NCBI RefSeq assembly: GCF_009914755.1
Contig: NC_060936.1
Source: the human T2T-CHM13v2.0 reference genome, Homo sapiens
Length of the DNA stretch: 64,000 nucleotides
Strand: one strand, 5' to 3'
This document shows positions 1 to 13,320 of this stretch, in pieces. A model generated the notes under the pieces. That model was not told the DNA's origin, searched no databases, and saw only the letters and a list, made by a program, of their open reading frames with translations. Each line of letters opens with the position of its first letter. Within the stretch, counting starts at the first letter, position 1. Both the position numbers and the translations under genes were made by a program.

Positions 1-126
1 AATTCCCAGGGAAATCGGTTTTTTTTTTCCTGTATTTCTTCTGTAGCTTTGCCAAACAAACAAAACAAACAAGACCCCAAGGTCACTGATCCAAATCTGA
101 ATCAGTGAAACGGTCTGATGAAACAC

Positions 127-236
127 TTTTTTTTTTTTTTTTTGAGATGAGGTCTCTATGTTGCCCAGGATGGTCTCTAACTCCTGGGCTCATGTAATCC
201 TGCCGCCTCCACCACCTGAGTAGCTGGGACTACAGG
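127..236 (-). mobile_element. Alu monomer (FLAM/FRAM-like)
   Basis: Poly-T plus Alu arm; flanking direct repeat atgaaacac. Confidence 0.8.
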
Positions 237-1415
237 CTAATGAAACACTTTGATAAGATAAATCGTAATCTGCTAGGAACTTTCTTCTGTTCAGTCCTTA
301 AAATCTGAAGATGTTTAGAACAGATGGGCTTTTTGATGTAGCTCTCCAGAGGTAATTATTTTCTTTTTAAAACAGCTAGGATCATTCTCTTACTGATCAG
401 ACATATGCTTCTCCAGCCTCATACAATCTCCCCTGTCCTCTGAGGGCTGCTGATTGTCTCTGTCCTCTTACCTTCACCATCTTAGAAGGTAGAGCCAAGT
501 CTACATGGGTGATATGGTACAGTGAACAACATGGTTACTAAAGAGCTGGATTAGTTTTAAGCCACCCCATTAAGCCTGAACTGATGTGGAATAGTCACAA
601 GAACGTAAGTCAGGGACATGAAGAAACCCTTTGCTGTAATCTACCATACCAGTTATTGTCCAGGGTGGAGCATGTAATCATATTTTTTATAACAATCTGA
701 TTATACTTTCTGCCATTTTTTATTGGGAATTTGAACATTGCAGGTTAACTCATAAAACTGTGAAAGGGCAAGATAAACATAGGATACAATATATTTAATT
801 AAGATAGCAAAACCTTTCTGTACTTTCTTACAATGGCTTGTAGGAGATCTGGAGCAGATCTTCAACTTGCTAATATTCAGTTAGGCCCAGATTTGGTATT
901 TGGAAGAGGCAGTTTATTAGAATAATGGTGCTCCTACTCAAGGAAGAAACAGCATCTATAATACTTAGTGTGATCAGGGACTTGACTTTAATGAAATTTC
1001 AAATAGAAGTAAATTTGACTTACTTCGTCATGTGGACCAATTCTAGCCAAATATTGTGGATTTGAGATTAGGACCAGAAAACTCAGGGTCTACTTCGGAT
1101 GACAGTACCCCAGGAGGATCTGGTCTTTCTACTCTATGCTTGGAATGAACCAGGTGAGATGTTTGGGTCCCAGCCAGATTCTTGGGGTCATTGTAGATTC
1201 ACACAGACTTAAATGACTTCATCTTATCACCCACAGAAATAAGGATGAACCATAGCCAATTCATTTCATTCTACTTCTTGAAGTGAATAGGACTGTAGGA
1301 TCAAAGTTAAAGACTGTAATGAAGATCACACACTGGACTGTGTATCAAGTAAGGCCCAGATTTACCTTTATAGACTTAACTCACTCTATTTGCTTTTCTT
1401 TTTTTTTTTTTAAAG

Positions 1416-1548
1416 GCTACAACTGAGGTGGAAATTAAGAAGAAAGGCCCTGGATCTCTTTTAGTTTCCATGGACCAATTAGCCTCCTACGGGCGGAAGG
1501 ACAGAATCAACAGTATAATGAGTGTTGTTACAAATACACTAGTAGAAG
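1416..1548 (+). CDS. SCN8A: SCN8A coding exon (~exon 13), DI-DII linker ATTEVEIK...NTLVE
   Basis: Poly-T tract, taaag|GCT acceptor, GAAG|gtatgt donor, 133 nt, ends in phase 1. Confidence 0.95.
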
Positions 1549-2589
1549 GTATGTGCCCTATAATGTCAGTCCAACCGCTGAGATATAAATATGTAATGTG
1601 CATGGTAAATATAATCCCTGTCCCTTGGTCTGAGTTTTGCAAAGACTGTCTCTGAGCTTTAGGAATGGAACGTATTCCTATATAGAAACTAGAATCACAA
1701 ATTCTCTTCCTAAATTTACATGCAGAGAATCAAATATATGGGCTTCAGATATGCTGCCAGCATTGTACACAGGTACGTAAGAGATAGGAAAGGACCTGCA
1801 TGAGTGACCTAGAGGAGCTCAAGACCCCTGTCATTGTCATCATGAGGAGTCAGTGGGGTGCTGTAAGGCATAAAGGAATGTAGACTGAAGAACTGCAAAG
1901 ATACAAAATCATAGAATTTCCCTCATGGTCTCTACCCCAAAACATACCTTCCTTTTTCCTTTTTAACTACTTACAGCCCTTTTGGTTTTCCCTTAAGGAA
2001 GAATGTACTGTGCGTTTTGATTGCACCTAGTTCTGTCTCTCTTCAAACACCCCCACATATCCATAAATAAATTTGATGTGTGACTAGGTAAGTTGAAACC
2101 CTTCTTACTTTGAGTGCTCCATGCCACAGGGAAAGAGCAACCGCTGTTGAATCATAGCACGTCTGCAGTAATGTTGCTGTCAGTGCCTGAGTTCTCTGTG
2201 TTAGGTGGGTTCTCTGTGACACAACCTGGCGTGCTGAGGAATACCTGAAGATTTTCCATTAGGCCACAGTCCCCCTAGCAAGAATCAGCTCCTCTCCAGT
2301 TATGGTCTGTAGTCCAGGATCTGCATGCTTTCTTTAGAGGTAAATTCAGTGACAGATTTCCTCTCCCAAGATTCTGATGGATTCTGCACCTATCTTCTTC
2401 ATTGGATTTATGTTGATTTAGCTGAGTTGTCTCATTGTAGATCTAGACTATTCTTGAGGCCTCAAATTGCTATTCTTCAGAATGCAGATGCCTGGAATAA
2501 CCAAAGTCCCTGAGACAGGAAAACTCAAAATGGTCCCAGTATCCTTGAGACAAGTTATTTTTTTAGTCATTTAAACCCAGTGCCACTTC

Positions 2590-2594
<5 letters not shown>

Positions 2595-2645
<51 letters not shown>
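2595..2645. repeat. (TG)25 microsatellite
   Basis: Seen directly. Confidence 0.97.
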
Positions 2646-2646
<1 letters not shown>

Positions 2647-5600
2647 GGGGAGGGGGTTGCAGTGGAGGGAGAGTCCCTAGAAAAGAATTCTCTAAGGGTG
2701 CTTACTTCCCCACATATGTGCAAAGAATGAGACTATAACTAGACTGACCTTGAGAATATCTCAAGTAAAAAAATGAATTAACTGCTTTCATCTGCCTTAA
2801 CAACCTCTGTTTATTCCTGTTTTCTTTAATTACCATCGGGGTTATTGTCTGATAGAACATCTTCAAGCTTTGTAGCTTATACTTTGAGATTGTGGGCAAA
2901 TAACTGCAGGTCCTAAGAATTCCAAGCTAAGAAATCCTAGCCTAAGAACTTTGGCTAATTTTATTATTCACATAGAGACCAAGACAGGATTTCTCTGGGT
3001 ATCTGTGGCAGTTGAGAAAGAAAAACTAACAACCTCCAACAGGTGCATTTTATTATTGGTAGAGACATCAGAACAGCAGAACTATCAATACAGTGCAACA
3101 GTTATTTATTTATTACTGCATTGGCTTAGCACAGGTCCCAGCAAAAGTAGATGCTCAAACAATCTTTGTCAAGCAGGCATTGGCTGTGCTTAGAATGGTA
3201 GGAGTGCTGGTGCTGCAGGGCTCCTTTCGGAGGCCTTAGAGCTTTCATCCCTTTACTGAGTTGGATACAAACCATTGGGACGTTTTAAAATTCTCTTTTC
3301 TGCCTCTTCTCCCTGTTCTTTCTCTTTCTGTCCTGCTGTGCTTATTCTCCACCCTTTACCCACCATCACACACATTAAAAAAAAAAAATAGATGTAAGGG
3401 TAGCTCAGGAGACAGAGACAGATGTAGTTGTGTTCCTGAATAGGAAAATATTATTCCAGTTTTTTGTCCTCTTTCCTAAGCCCTGATTTTCACATAGTTA
3501 TACCTGTCCTGCCATTTCCTGCTCAGGCATTCCGCCTAACCTCTCCCCTTGTATTTGACCCTTTTGTTGAAGCTGATGGGACAGAACTGCTATAAGCAAA
3601 GAGCAATGAATGGCTGACCGGAATCACGTAAGAGGGAATGAAACATCCATGTCTGTTTAACCATTGGTCCCTCTGTATTTAATGCTTGCTACAGCATTAA
3701 AAGCCAGCATTGAACGAATTGTAGTTCTTGCTCTCAGACTTTCAGTTAGGAAACTTTGACATTATTTTAATCCAAAGATTAAAATAATTATTATTTAAAA
3801 CCCAAGAGGCAGGCTACGACTTACCTAATAGTTTAGAAACCACAGTGGAGAATTCTAGAATCCTGTCAATAATTAGAAAACCCTGCCTGCTCTGCCCCAC
3901 CCCATTCCTATTGCAAACATGCTTACCAGGATCCAGCACATTTAGTAGAGTTCACCACTAGCAGAGCTATAAGCTTTGGGGATATTTCAGAGGACTGGGC
4001 GTGGGGTGTAGGTAGAGTAGTATAGTCTCACTCTTCAAAGCAGTAAAGCTGTGGGAGAAGGGGAGATCGTGGTGAAGTAAGAAAGAGGAAGTAGTGATGT
4101 ACTTGACATTATTGATTTTTAATATCAAGGAAGTACTTGACATTATTGATTCTCAGGTAAAACAATTCCAAAAACTCCCCTAGAGGTAACTGGCCATAGC
4201 TATTGCTGCCACTATTTATGTATTCTTTTATTTAACTGACCAGCATCAAGTGTCAGTATAGTTACTTGGCTGATATCAGCCTTTCCTGTGTGGCAGTAAC
4301 CTTAGTGAGGGTGGGGGCTCTTCATCAGTGTATCCTTGGTGCCTAGCACATTGCAGATGCTTAAAAGTTGTTGAACTGAGTTGAGGGAAGCTCCTGCCTT
4401 CAGAAACCTCATGGTCTACCAAAGCCACTATCTTGGTGAAATTGTGAGGTCCTTTCTGAAAACAATTCCCAGTACCCCTGAGGTTAAGACCCAAAGTAAC
4501 CTCTCTGAAAATGTCCAAAAGCAAAGTAAGAGAAACCCCACAAACCTTTGGACATCTCACCCCTAGATGTTAACCCATTCCCCCAAGCCAAATACTGGGC
4601 CATTCCAGGCATGTGGAACCAGTAACAGTTTGCAAAGTCATAAGTCACTTGATAAGCCTTCTTATTCCCCAAATGATCTTTTCTAGCTCCTGAAGCTCCA
4701 CATTGTCTTACTTTTTGTAGGCGTGAAAGTTTATCCTGAGGATCTTCCCTTCTCAGTAAATGTGGCTAAGAGATGTCTGGTATCCCTAGAGGAATTTTCT
4801 TGGTGCCCTGTAGGGCAGGAAAACCCCTTTTTGCTGTGTGGCAAGACTCAAGACCTAGTTCATTTTAAAACATTACAATTGTGTCAACTGTCATAAATGT
4901 GAGCAGTCGCAGCTTCAACCTCCACGTGCCAATGAGCAACAGTCGTTTGGAGAAGGGAGGAGATAAAAAAGGGAACGGAACTAAATTTCCAAATATGTAC
5001 TGTAAGAATTTATGGAAATAAGAGAACCTTGTCATTTTCTTTTTTGGGGGAGAAAACTATATTTACCTTAGGAAGGGAGGGAGTTCTCTGAGGAAGAAGC
5101 CACAGCAGATTTTCCTCACAGACTTCCTTTCCCACGCAGCCTCCCACGTGGCGCTTACAGGGGTCCTTAAATCTGAAAAACCAAGGCAACCATTTTCTTA
5201 GCAACCAGGGAACCAATCAGAAACTCAGCCAAAACCACCTTGTCTAAAATAAAGCATCGCCATCCAGCTGGTTGGAAAAGGGAACGTAGGCTAATTTAAG
5301 GCAGCCATCTTGGTTTTGGTGAAATGTTAGGGAATTTTTTTTTTCCTTAAATGATTTGATAGTGTCAGCAGAATTGAACAGAGAGAGAGTAGCTGTTACA
5401 GCCAACCCTGTAGAATCAATACCTCACATTCTGACAGGTTTTCAAAGTTCACCTCTTAAAAAGCATCCTCTTAGCTCAGGGTCCTTGGAATTTTGTAATC
5501 CTGGCAGTTGTATTTCATGCTTAATTTGAGGAGAGCTTTGTTATGTAGGGCTTCATACCTAGATTGTTGTAACTGCCAGTTGAGTGTCTGTCTTTGATAT

Positions 5601-5825
5601 CTGATAATTCTTTTGAATCTTTGCTTTGGAAATGACCTTTGAGATCGTCTAGTCCAGTGATTTTTCAGTCTGTGTGTATCAGAGTCCTGGGATTCTAGGG
5701 GAGTGCCTCAGGAGAGGAAGAAATCTATCCAAGTGGGCTCCTGCTTCATCTAGGGAAATTCCTGGTGTATTTCATGTATTGGGGGTCATGTGAGATCTTG
5801 TCTGACAATAACACTTTCTGTTTCT

Positions 5826-6020
5826 AAAAGAGACGGAGAAGATAAGACAAAGGAGAGAAAGAAAAAGGAAAGAAGATGATGACCCAGGGAGGGAAGGAGG
5901 AAGAAGCTGTAGAAAGAAAGAGAAAAGCAAAGGATGAGAGCAGGAAAGGGCAAAGGGGCAAGAAAGAAGGAGACAGGAGGAGACAGAACAAGGAAGGAAA
6001 GGTGAAAAGGGGAGAGGAGT
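5826..6020. repeat. GA-rich low-complexity purine tract
   Basis: About 195 nt, mostly A/G. Confidence 0.85.
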
Positions 6021-6149
6021 GTGACTTGTATTTCTAACTCAACCATGAGCTGTAAACTTGTTAAGGGTGGAGACAGTAACTTGTACTTCTTTGAGAACAT
6101 AGCAGATGTGTTTTACATGGTGGCTTGGTCGATGATGCTGGTCCTGCTA

Positions 6150-6640
6150 ATGAAGATAATAATAATAGCAAACACTTCCATGGCACTTTCTATCTGCCAG
6201 GGTATTCTGGGGCACTTTGTATATATTTTAGCTCTTTAATTCTCACAGCAAATCAAAGTAACTTGTTCACGGTCCCACAGTTAGCAAGTGTCTGAGCTAG
6301 TATTTGAACTCAAATATGTCTGGCTTGAGTCCATACTTTTGATGGCTTCTCTGACAATAATTGAATAATATAGTGTATAATAGAATACCTACCATTTATT
6401 GAGGATTTACCCTGTGCCAGATACTATAGTGACTGCTTTACACCAGCATCTAATTTAATCAAACTCATTCAGTCCTGTAACCTGTAAAGTAAATGCCTTG
6501 TTTTACAGCTGAGGCAGCTGAGCAGAGAAATCAGCTACCTTGCCTGGGATCACACAACTTGTAAGCATTCAAGCCAGTTGAGGCCAGGGAGTCAGACCTG
6601 AGAGGCCAAGCTCTTGACCTCTGTGCTCGACTCCCATAAC
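6150..6640. mobile_element. MIR fragments (probably two)
   Basis: MIR core-like phrases: ataatagcaaacact, ttttacagctgaggcagctgag, gtcccacagttagcaagt. Confidence 0.6.
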
Positions 6641-6804
6641 TGATGGGTTGAGTTTCATTTATAACTAGATCATTATTAACAGGGAGGCAACTTGTGTGGA
6701 TCATGCTTCCTCTCTACCTTAGAGAGAAGGAAAACACTTAGGAATGTCAGCGCTCAAAACAACCTTGATTCCATATTAATAACAGTGATAATGACTGAGA
6801 GTGA

Positions 6805-7134
<330 letters not shown>

Positions 7135-7904
7135 TAGGATTGGAATGTGTTTTGCCTGTAGGATATCTTTTTCTGGTACTGAAAGCTGGAGTTTCTTTGA
7201 AAAGAAAGTAATAGTTAATTGGAAGACAAATGCTTCCACATATGCCAGGACACCAGCTGCTTTTCTGCTCACTGTTGTGATCCCTTTCCTCTTTCTGCAG
7301 AACTTTGAAGACGTCATTTAGGAGCTATTGGCAGAAAACCAATGTTGGCGACAGAATGGGAGGCCTGGTACAGTGGGTTGGTTTCAGCAGCCTGAGCCAA
7401 GTACTTCTGGTTTTTTTCCTCATTCTGTTTCTCACATTGATTCCTGCATTGCTCCAGCAAATCAGTTCCCCTTTCACCTTAAGTAACATCTACCACAAAA
7501 TAGGGGAGCTCTTATAGTACACTACATGTAACTATGGATTTGCCTGCTCTGTCAGGCCTTAATTACCTAAATGGGGACTATTTATGGGAAAGTTTTCACT
7601 CAAGGCTGGTTTCCCCCTCCAATCCAACTTCTAGGCCATTAAAGTATGTAGTTTTAAAAAAAATAGATTACAAAGTGTGTATTCTGAAATTAAGTAGTTG
7701 TGATTTGAGGATTATGTGCTTTGTTTACTACAAAAATCAGGAGTTAATTGAATTTTGATAGATAGTAAAGAATTAGTGAGAAAGAATCCCCTAGGTCACC
7801 TGGGCCCCCTAATTCCTTAGGTGTTAACCACAGGCATGTCCAAATCTGGCTATTACCGTTTATTAATGATTTGAGCATGATTTCTGCCCAGTTTCTCTTA
7901 TGTG

Positions 7905-7915
7905 TGCTCTCTCAC

Positions 7916-7946
<31 letters not shown>

Positions 7947-7961
7947 CACCACACACCACAC
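7905..7961. repeat. Compound (CT)n(CA)n microsatellite
   Basis: Seen directly. Confidence 0.9.
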
Positions 7962-10489
7962 AGTTTTGACCTTAAGTCCTATTACTATACTATTAGAGCA
8001 CTACAATATCATTTTCATTTCTCATTCTCAAAACACATGGCAAAGAGATCCTTTGTAGCCCATTGTGTTCCCTGGTATACATCCAAGATGATTCTGTGAT
8101 CTTTCCAGTCTCCATGTCTGTGGTTGGTGACATGCTCCAGGCTCTCTGCAATGATGTAAACCCTTGTGTGCAGTCCAGTGGAATGCCCGGAGTCTTGAAA
8201 TGGGACACTCCCACAGACTGTCCAAGAAGTCTGCTGACTGGCTCTGAAAGGTGCCTGTCAGTGGGCACATGCTGTGACTGGCTGACACAGTACCTTGGCC
8301 ATCAAGCAGAATTTTAACCCTGTCAACAATATCATTTAGATATAAGCTTGATTTTAGTAGCCAAGAGTTAAGTAACAAGAAATATGTCTTGATAATTTTT
8401 ATTGTTGATGTTGGTGGTTCTGTTTTCCCTGTAGAGTTTTGTTTTTCTCAAAATCTTTACTTTTCCTTACTTTTTACAGAACCAGTCTTTGATTTTCAAG
8501 GGATTTTGAGAGGCTTTTTCACCTATCCCCACTAGAACTCCAGTCAGACCAGGCTAGCAAATAATGTTATTTTTCCTTTCATGAAAATTTAGAGATTTAG
8601 GATGACATCTAAATTAGAATTGTAAGTATGCAGAAGACTTTGCTCAGAACCATCAGTAAAAAAAGAGGAAATAAGAGAAGGTCAACAGCTAATATTCAGG
8701 AACTCCATGAGACAAGCCAACCCAGAACCAAGTTCTAGAATAAGAAAGCTCTTAGGTGGCAAGGGTTTTCAAACGGCAAGTAAATGTACAATTAGCAGTG
8801 GGGAGGGAGCTTAGTATATAGTCCAGCATACTTTGTACTAGATGTGAGGGTAAAAGGAAAGAAATCAAGAATGGTGCCTCGATGTGGGGGTTTAATAACT
8901 GAGGGAAAAGTGGAATGACTGCAAAGGAACTGGCTTGACGTATAAAATCAAGAGTTCTGTTTTGGACATATTAAGTGTCTATTCACTGAGTGGAGATGCC
9001 AAATAAGGAAGTTGGGTACGTGCTGGACCTCATGAGTGTTTTCTGGACAATACCAGAAACTCAAAGATATACTTTGTTGCCAATCAACACGAGCGCTGAG
9101 ATTGGCAGAAAGAACACAGAATTGGAAGTCAGAAGATTTGGGTTTTCATTCCTATTAGATATCGTATAACCTTAAATAAGTCATTGATTTCTGTCCAGAA
9201 ATGTTTCACATCTGTAAAGTTAAGATAATACCATGCCATCACTGGTTGGGAAGATAAAATGAGAACCTATATGGAAGTCTTTGGGATAGCTAAAAGTATC
9301 TTATAAATCTTAGGAACTGTGTTAGTATAATTCAATAGGAGAATTTTCAAAGATTTGGAGAATTGGGTAGAGGCTTTGACTGAACCTGAGAATAAGAGGA
9401 TGGAAAAAAAATGAGACTGACTTGTGAAATAAAGTATGACCTTGTCCTGTGGTTGGAATGTGAGGCTTTTCCTATAGCCCTAATTGTGAGTTAAGTTGTC
9501 TTTGTCTGTAGACATACAGAAAGATGTTTTTAAAGAAAGATGAGAACAGTCTTCTGCAAATTGAAGATCCCTGCCTCTTCTACCCTCCCCAAAAGAGAAA
9601 ATAATAGTAGGAAGAACCTTAGAGATAATTCAATCCAATCCACATGTTTTATAGAGGAAATTGAAGCCCAGGGAAGCTGTGTGACTTATACAGCCTCTAT
9701 GTTATGTAGTAGATAAATGTAATGATTCTTTTCCTGCCTTTTTTGCAACTAACTGAATACAATAGTAAGTTTATGAGGTGACTTTTTAAACATTCTGAAT
9801 CTTACAGGAAAGTTTCAAGTACAGTACAAAAAACTTCTTTTTTTTTTTTTTTACAATAAAAGCCTTATCACATAGCCTTATCACCCCCAAATGCTTATAG
9901 TGTGTATTTTTTATACACAAGTACGTTCTCCTACATAACCATAGTATAACTGTCAAAACCAGGAAATTAACATTGATACATTACAATGTTGTGAAGTAAA
10001 GTATGACCTTGTCCTGTGGTTGGAATGTGAGGCTTTTCCTATAGCCCTGATTGTGAGTTAAGTTAAGGGTCTAATTCTCAGGCCCTATTCAAGTTTTGCC
10101 AGTGATCCCAGTGGTATCCTCTGTAACAAAAGGATGCAGTTTTAGGATTACCCCATTACATGTAGCTATCATATCTCTCTAATTTTCTTCAGCCTGGAGG
10201 AGTTCCTCAGTCTTTCCTTGACTTTCATGTCTTGACATTTTGAAGACTACAGGTCATTTGTTATGTAGAATTCCCTCAATGTGGGCTTGTCTGATGCTTC
10301 CTTATGATTAGATGCAGGTTCTGCATTTTGGTAGGAATATCAGATAAGTGAGACTATCTTCTTCATGTTGTATCTACCAGTTGGCATGTAGCTTCCATTT
10401 GTCCCACTACTGGTGACGTTCATTTAATCACTTGATTAAGGAGGTGTCTGCCAGGCTTTTCATCTGTGAAGTTACGCTTTTTCCATTTA

Positions 10490-10698
10490 CAGTAAGTCCC
10501 CACTTAACATCCTCTATAGGTTCTAGATTTTTGGAAACTGTGACTTTAAGCTAAATGATATACTGTATAACAAAACCAGTTTTACCATAGGCCAGTTGAT
10601 ATAAACAAGAGTTAAGTTCCTATGGCATATAGTACATCATGTGGCTTAAAGTTGCTGTTTTCAAGAACCTATTGAGGACATTAAGTGAGGACTTACTG
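10490..10698. mobile_element. Tigger-type MITE (Tigger6-like)
   Basis: TIRs cagtaagtccccacttaa / ttaagtgaggacttactg with TA on both sides. Confidence 0.8.
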
Positions 10699-11045
10699 TA
10701 TACTTAATAGGTATTTGTGAGGAAGACCGTTTGAAACGATTTAAATTTCCTGTTCATTCAGATTTTGATTTCTTCCTTTATTTATATCAGTATGGATTAA
10801 TGGTTTTCTATTTTATCTGAGTTACAATCCATTTGATGTTTAGACTTCCTCTGATGTGGCCAGTGGAAATTCCTTCAAGCTGGCTTCTGATCCCTTTCAC
10901 ATGTCTTCTTCACTTCCTGGCTTTCTGGTACCACAAGGTATTCCAGGATACTTTCGTGTTTTTCCAGCCCCAGGGCTGGAATCAGCCATTTCTCAAGAAG
11001 CCCTGAGTCTTTTAGTGGAAAAATGGCATTTAGAAGTAGAGATCT

Positions 11046-11150
11046 AGGCTGAGTATCAGCTGAGGCAGGAGGATCGCTTAAAGTTTGAGACCAGCCTTAG
11101 CAACACAATGAGACCCCATCTCTAAAACAAAATAGAAAAGAAAAAAAAAA
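11046..11150 (+). mobile_element. Alu monomer fragment (FLAM-like)
   Basis: gaggcaggaggatcgctt...gagaccccatctct plus A-tail. Confidence 0.75.
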
Positions 11151-11424
11151 GGAAGAGGTGGAGATCTGAGATCTAGGTATGCATATTGCTATGGGAGCAG
11201 CATGCAGCCCCTCTTAGGACATGATGAGCTATTTATATTGAGCTAGCCGTGGATATTGCAAACCATGAGTTGATCCTGTCACTTCCAATTCTAATCCAAC
11301 ACTTCAAGATTCTTTCTAGTTTTCTCCCTTTCTGTATTTGTAACTCCTGCAACAATAAGAAACCTCGTTGCCACTATCTTTGGTATACTTATTTGATCAA
11401 AAAGCCACTGTTACCTTTTATAGC

Positions 11425-12320
11425 ATGGGTACCCTCCTCACCCTGTATAGGCTCTGGGTGCCCCCCACCCCTTCAGCACCCGAGCCGTGTCCTCCATGTG
11501 GACACCTGCTCACACTCCTCAGCTTGGAACCCACACCAGTCCAACTCACACATGGTTTGCCCCACCCTGCTTAGACCCCGATGCCTCACAGTAGGCCTTC
11601 GCCTGCATGGACATCCTTCTCACCCCACACCAGACTCTCCCCTGACATAGAAGCTCTGTTTATCCTGCACAGACTCTTAACACCCCTCACCAGGCCACCC
11701 CTCGTCACCCTGCTCATGCTGCCATCTGTCTGTGTGAACACTCCTGGAAGTTCTCACCTGGCCCATTGACTTTATCCCAAACTAGGCGACATCCTCCTCA
11801 CCCTGATGAGCTCTCACACCCTCACTGTCCACCTCCCTGTTTGGACACTTTCCTCACCCCACTCGGGATCTGACACCCCACATCAGGCCTTCCCCTACAT
11901 GAGTCCCTCATCAGCTCACCTGGCTCTGGCACCCCTTGTGAGTCTTCCCCTGCAGGGAGTCCCTCCTCAGCCCACTCCGGGATCTTCTCCTGGAGATGCT
12001 ATCTTTACCTTACTTAAGCTCTGACTCTCTCTGCTAAGTCCCCCACCCCCTCAAGTGTGGACGTCCTCCCACCACACTTGGGCCTCAACACCTATGTGGG
12101 GTAGCCACGCCTCATACCACTTCCAACTGCCCATCCTAGACTGTTGCCCAAAGCGGATGCCTCTCCTTGGCCCACAGGCTCAGACAGCCCATGCCAGCCT
12201 GCTGCCCTGCATGGACCTCCTCGCTCCCCTCCATGTCTGACTCTCCTTGCTGGGCCGTGCCCTTCCTGGGGTTCCAGCACTGGGCAGCAGCCTCCCTCTA
12301 CCGGCATGCCCACCTACAGC
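11425..12320. repeat. Degenerate C-rich tandem array (~55-60 nt unit)
   Basis: Recurring TGGACAYCYTCCTCACCCCAC...CTCTGACACC-like units. Confidence 0.7.
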
Positions 12321-12617
12321 CTTCAGGACTGAGTGGTTCAGGAGGAAGGGGATGGAAAGAAGAGCTAGGGTTTAATCTGACATATAAGTTTAAGTTCTCA
12401 GATTCTAAGCAAAAGCAAAAAAGCAGAAAGTTATTTTCCTCCTTCACCAAACATAAATGAATGTTATCATTTCTTAATTATAGGTTACCTAGATTTTCAG
12501 CTAAAAAGAATTCTTTTCAGATTTTTTCTTTCATCTGTGCTTCTATAGCCCCATATGGATACTTCTTTTTAAATACTTGTCACATGATTTTTAGTTATTG
12601 TTCTGTCCCCTCCTGGT

Positions 12618-12714
12618 TGGGTAACCAACCACCTTAATTTGCAGAGGCCTGAGGAAGCCCTTGCAGTTTTAAAACTGGGACAGTCCTTGTCAACAGGTAC
12701 GAGTTGATCACCCT
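12618..12714. mobile_element. hAT-Blackjack MITE (MER94/MER81-like)
   Basis: Ends gggtaaccaacc / gttgatcacccta resemble AGGGTGACCA TIRs. Confidence 0.55.
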
Positions 12715-13159
12715 AACTGGAGATGCAGGATGCAGGACTTTCGGTGTGAAAAGTGGCAAACCAGGATGAGTTACTTACATTCTGGCGACTGAGTTCGTAA
12801 GGAACCATTATTTTTCATGGTCACATTTTTTTTTTTCATGTCTCCATTGCAGTACACATAGAACTTTTAATCAAATTGAACTTGATTAACTTTGGGCGAG
12901 GATCTACTGCAGAACAGGAGCTGACAAGCCCTTTTCTGAGCACAAAGAGAGGAGCATGCCAGACGCTCGTCACTTTCAAATAAGGCTGAATTTTTTCTGC
13001 AAATGCAATGAGGGCTGAAGGAGGTGTGTGACTTCTCCCCAGACCCCATAGTGACGCCAAAGTGAAATATACCCCAATCTTAGGACTATATAGGCCTTAC
13101 TTGTTGACCTGGCATTACAAGTTATCAGGCATATGACCACAGGCTAGTCCAAACTAGAC

Positions 13160-13320
13160 TAGGCATGGCTCATGCCTGTCATCCCAGCTCTTTGGGAGGC
13201 CGAGGTGAGAGGATTACTTGAGCCTAGAATTTCAAAGCTGCAGTGAGCTATGATCATGCCACTACATTCCAGCCTGGGTGACAGAGCAAGACCCTATCTC
13301 AAAAAACAAAACACAACAAA
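13160..13320 (+). mobile_element. Alu monomer (FRAM/FAM-like)
   Basis: Single arm plus A-rich tail. Confidence 0.8.

Larger units (their letters stand above)
9770..11400 (-). mobile_element. Old L1M (L1MC/MD-like) 3' fragments with nested inserts
   Basis: L1M 3'-end phrases: aggaaattaacattgataca, ttggtaggaatatc, ggaatcagccatttctcaag. Boundaries approximate. Confidence 0.6.

Noticed and set aside
5786-6100. Hydrophobic 104-aa ORF resembling a membrane protein
   Set aside because: Reverse translation of the GA-rich tract.
11249-12460. Cluster of Pro/His-rich ORFs
   Set aside because: Result of the C-rich repeat, which is poor in stop codons; no splice or homology support.
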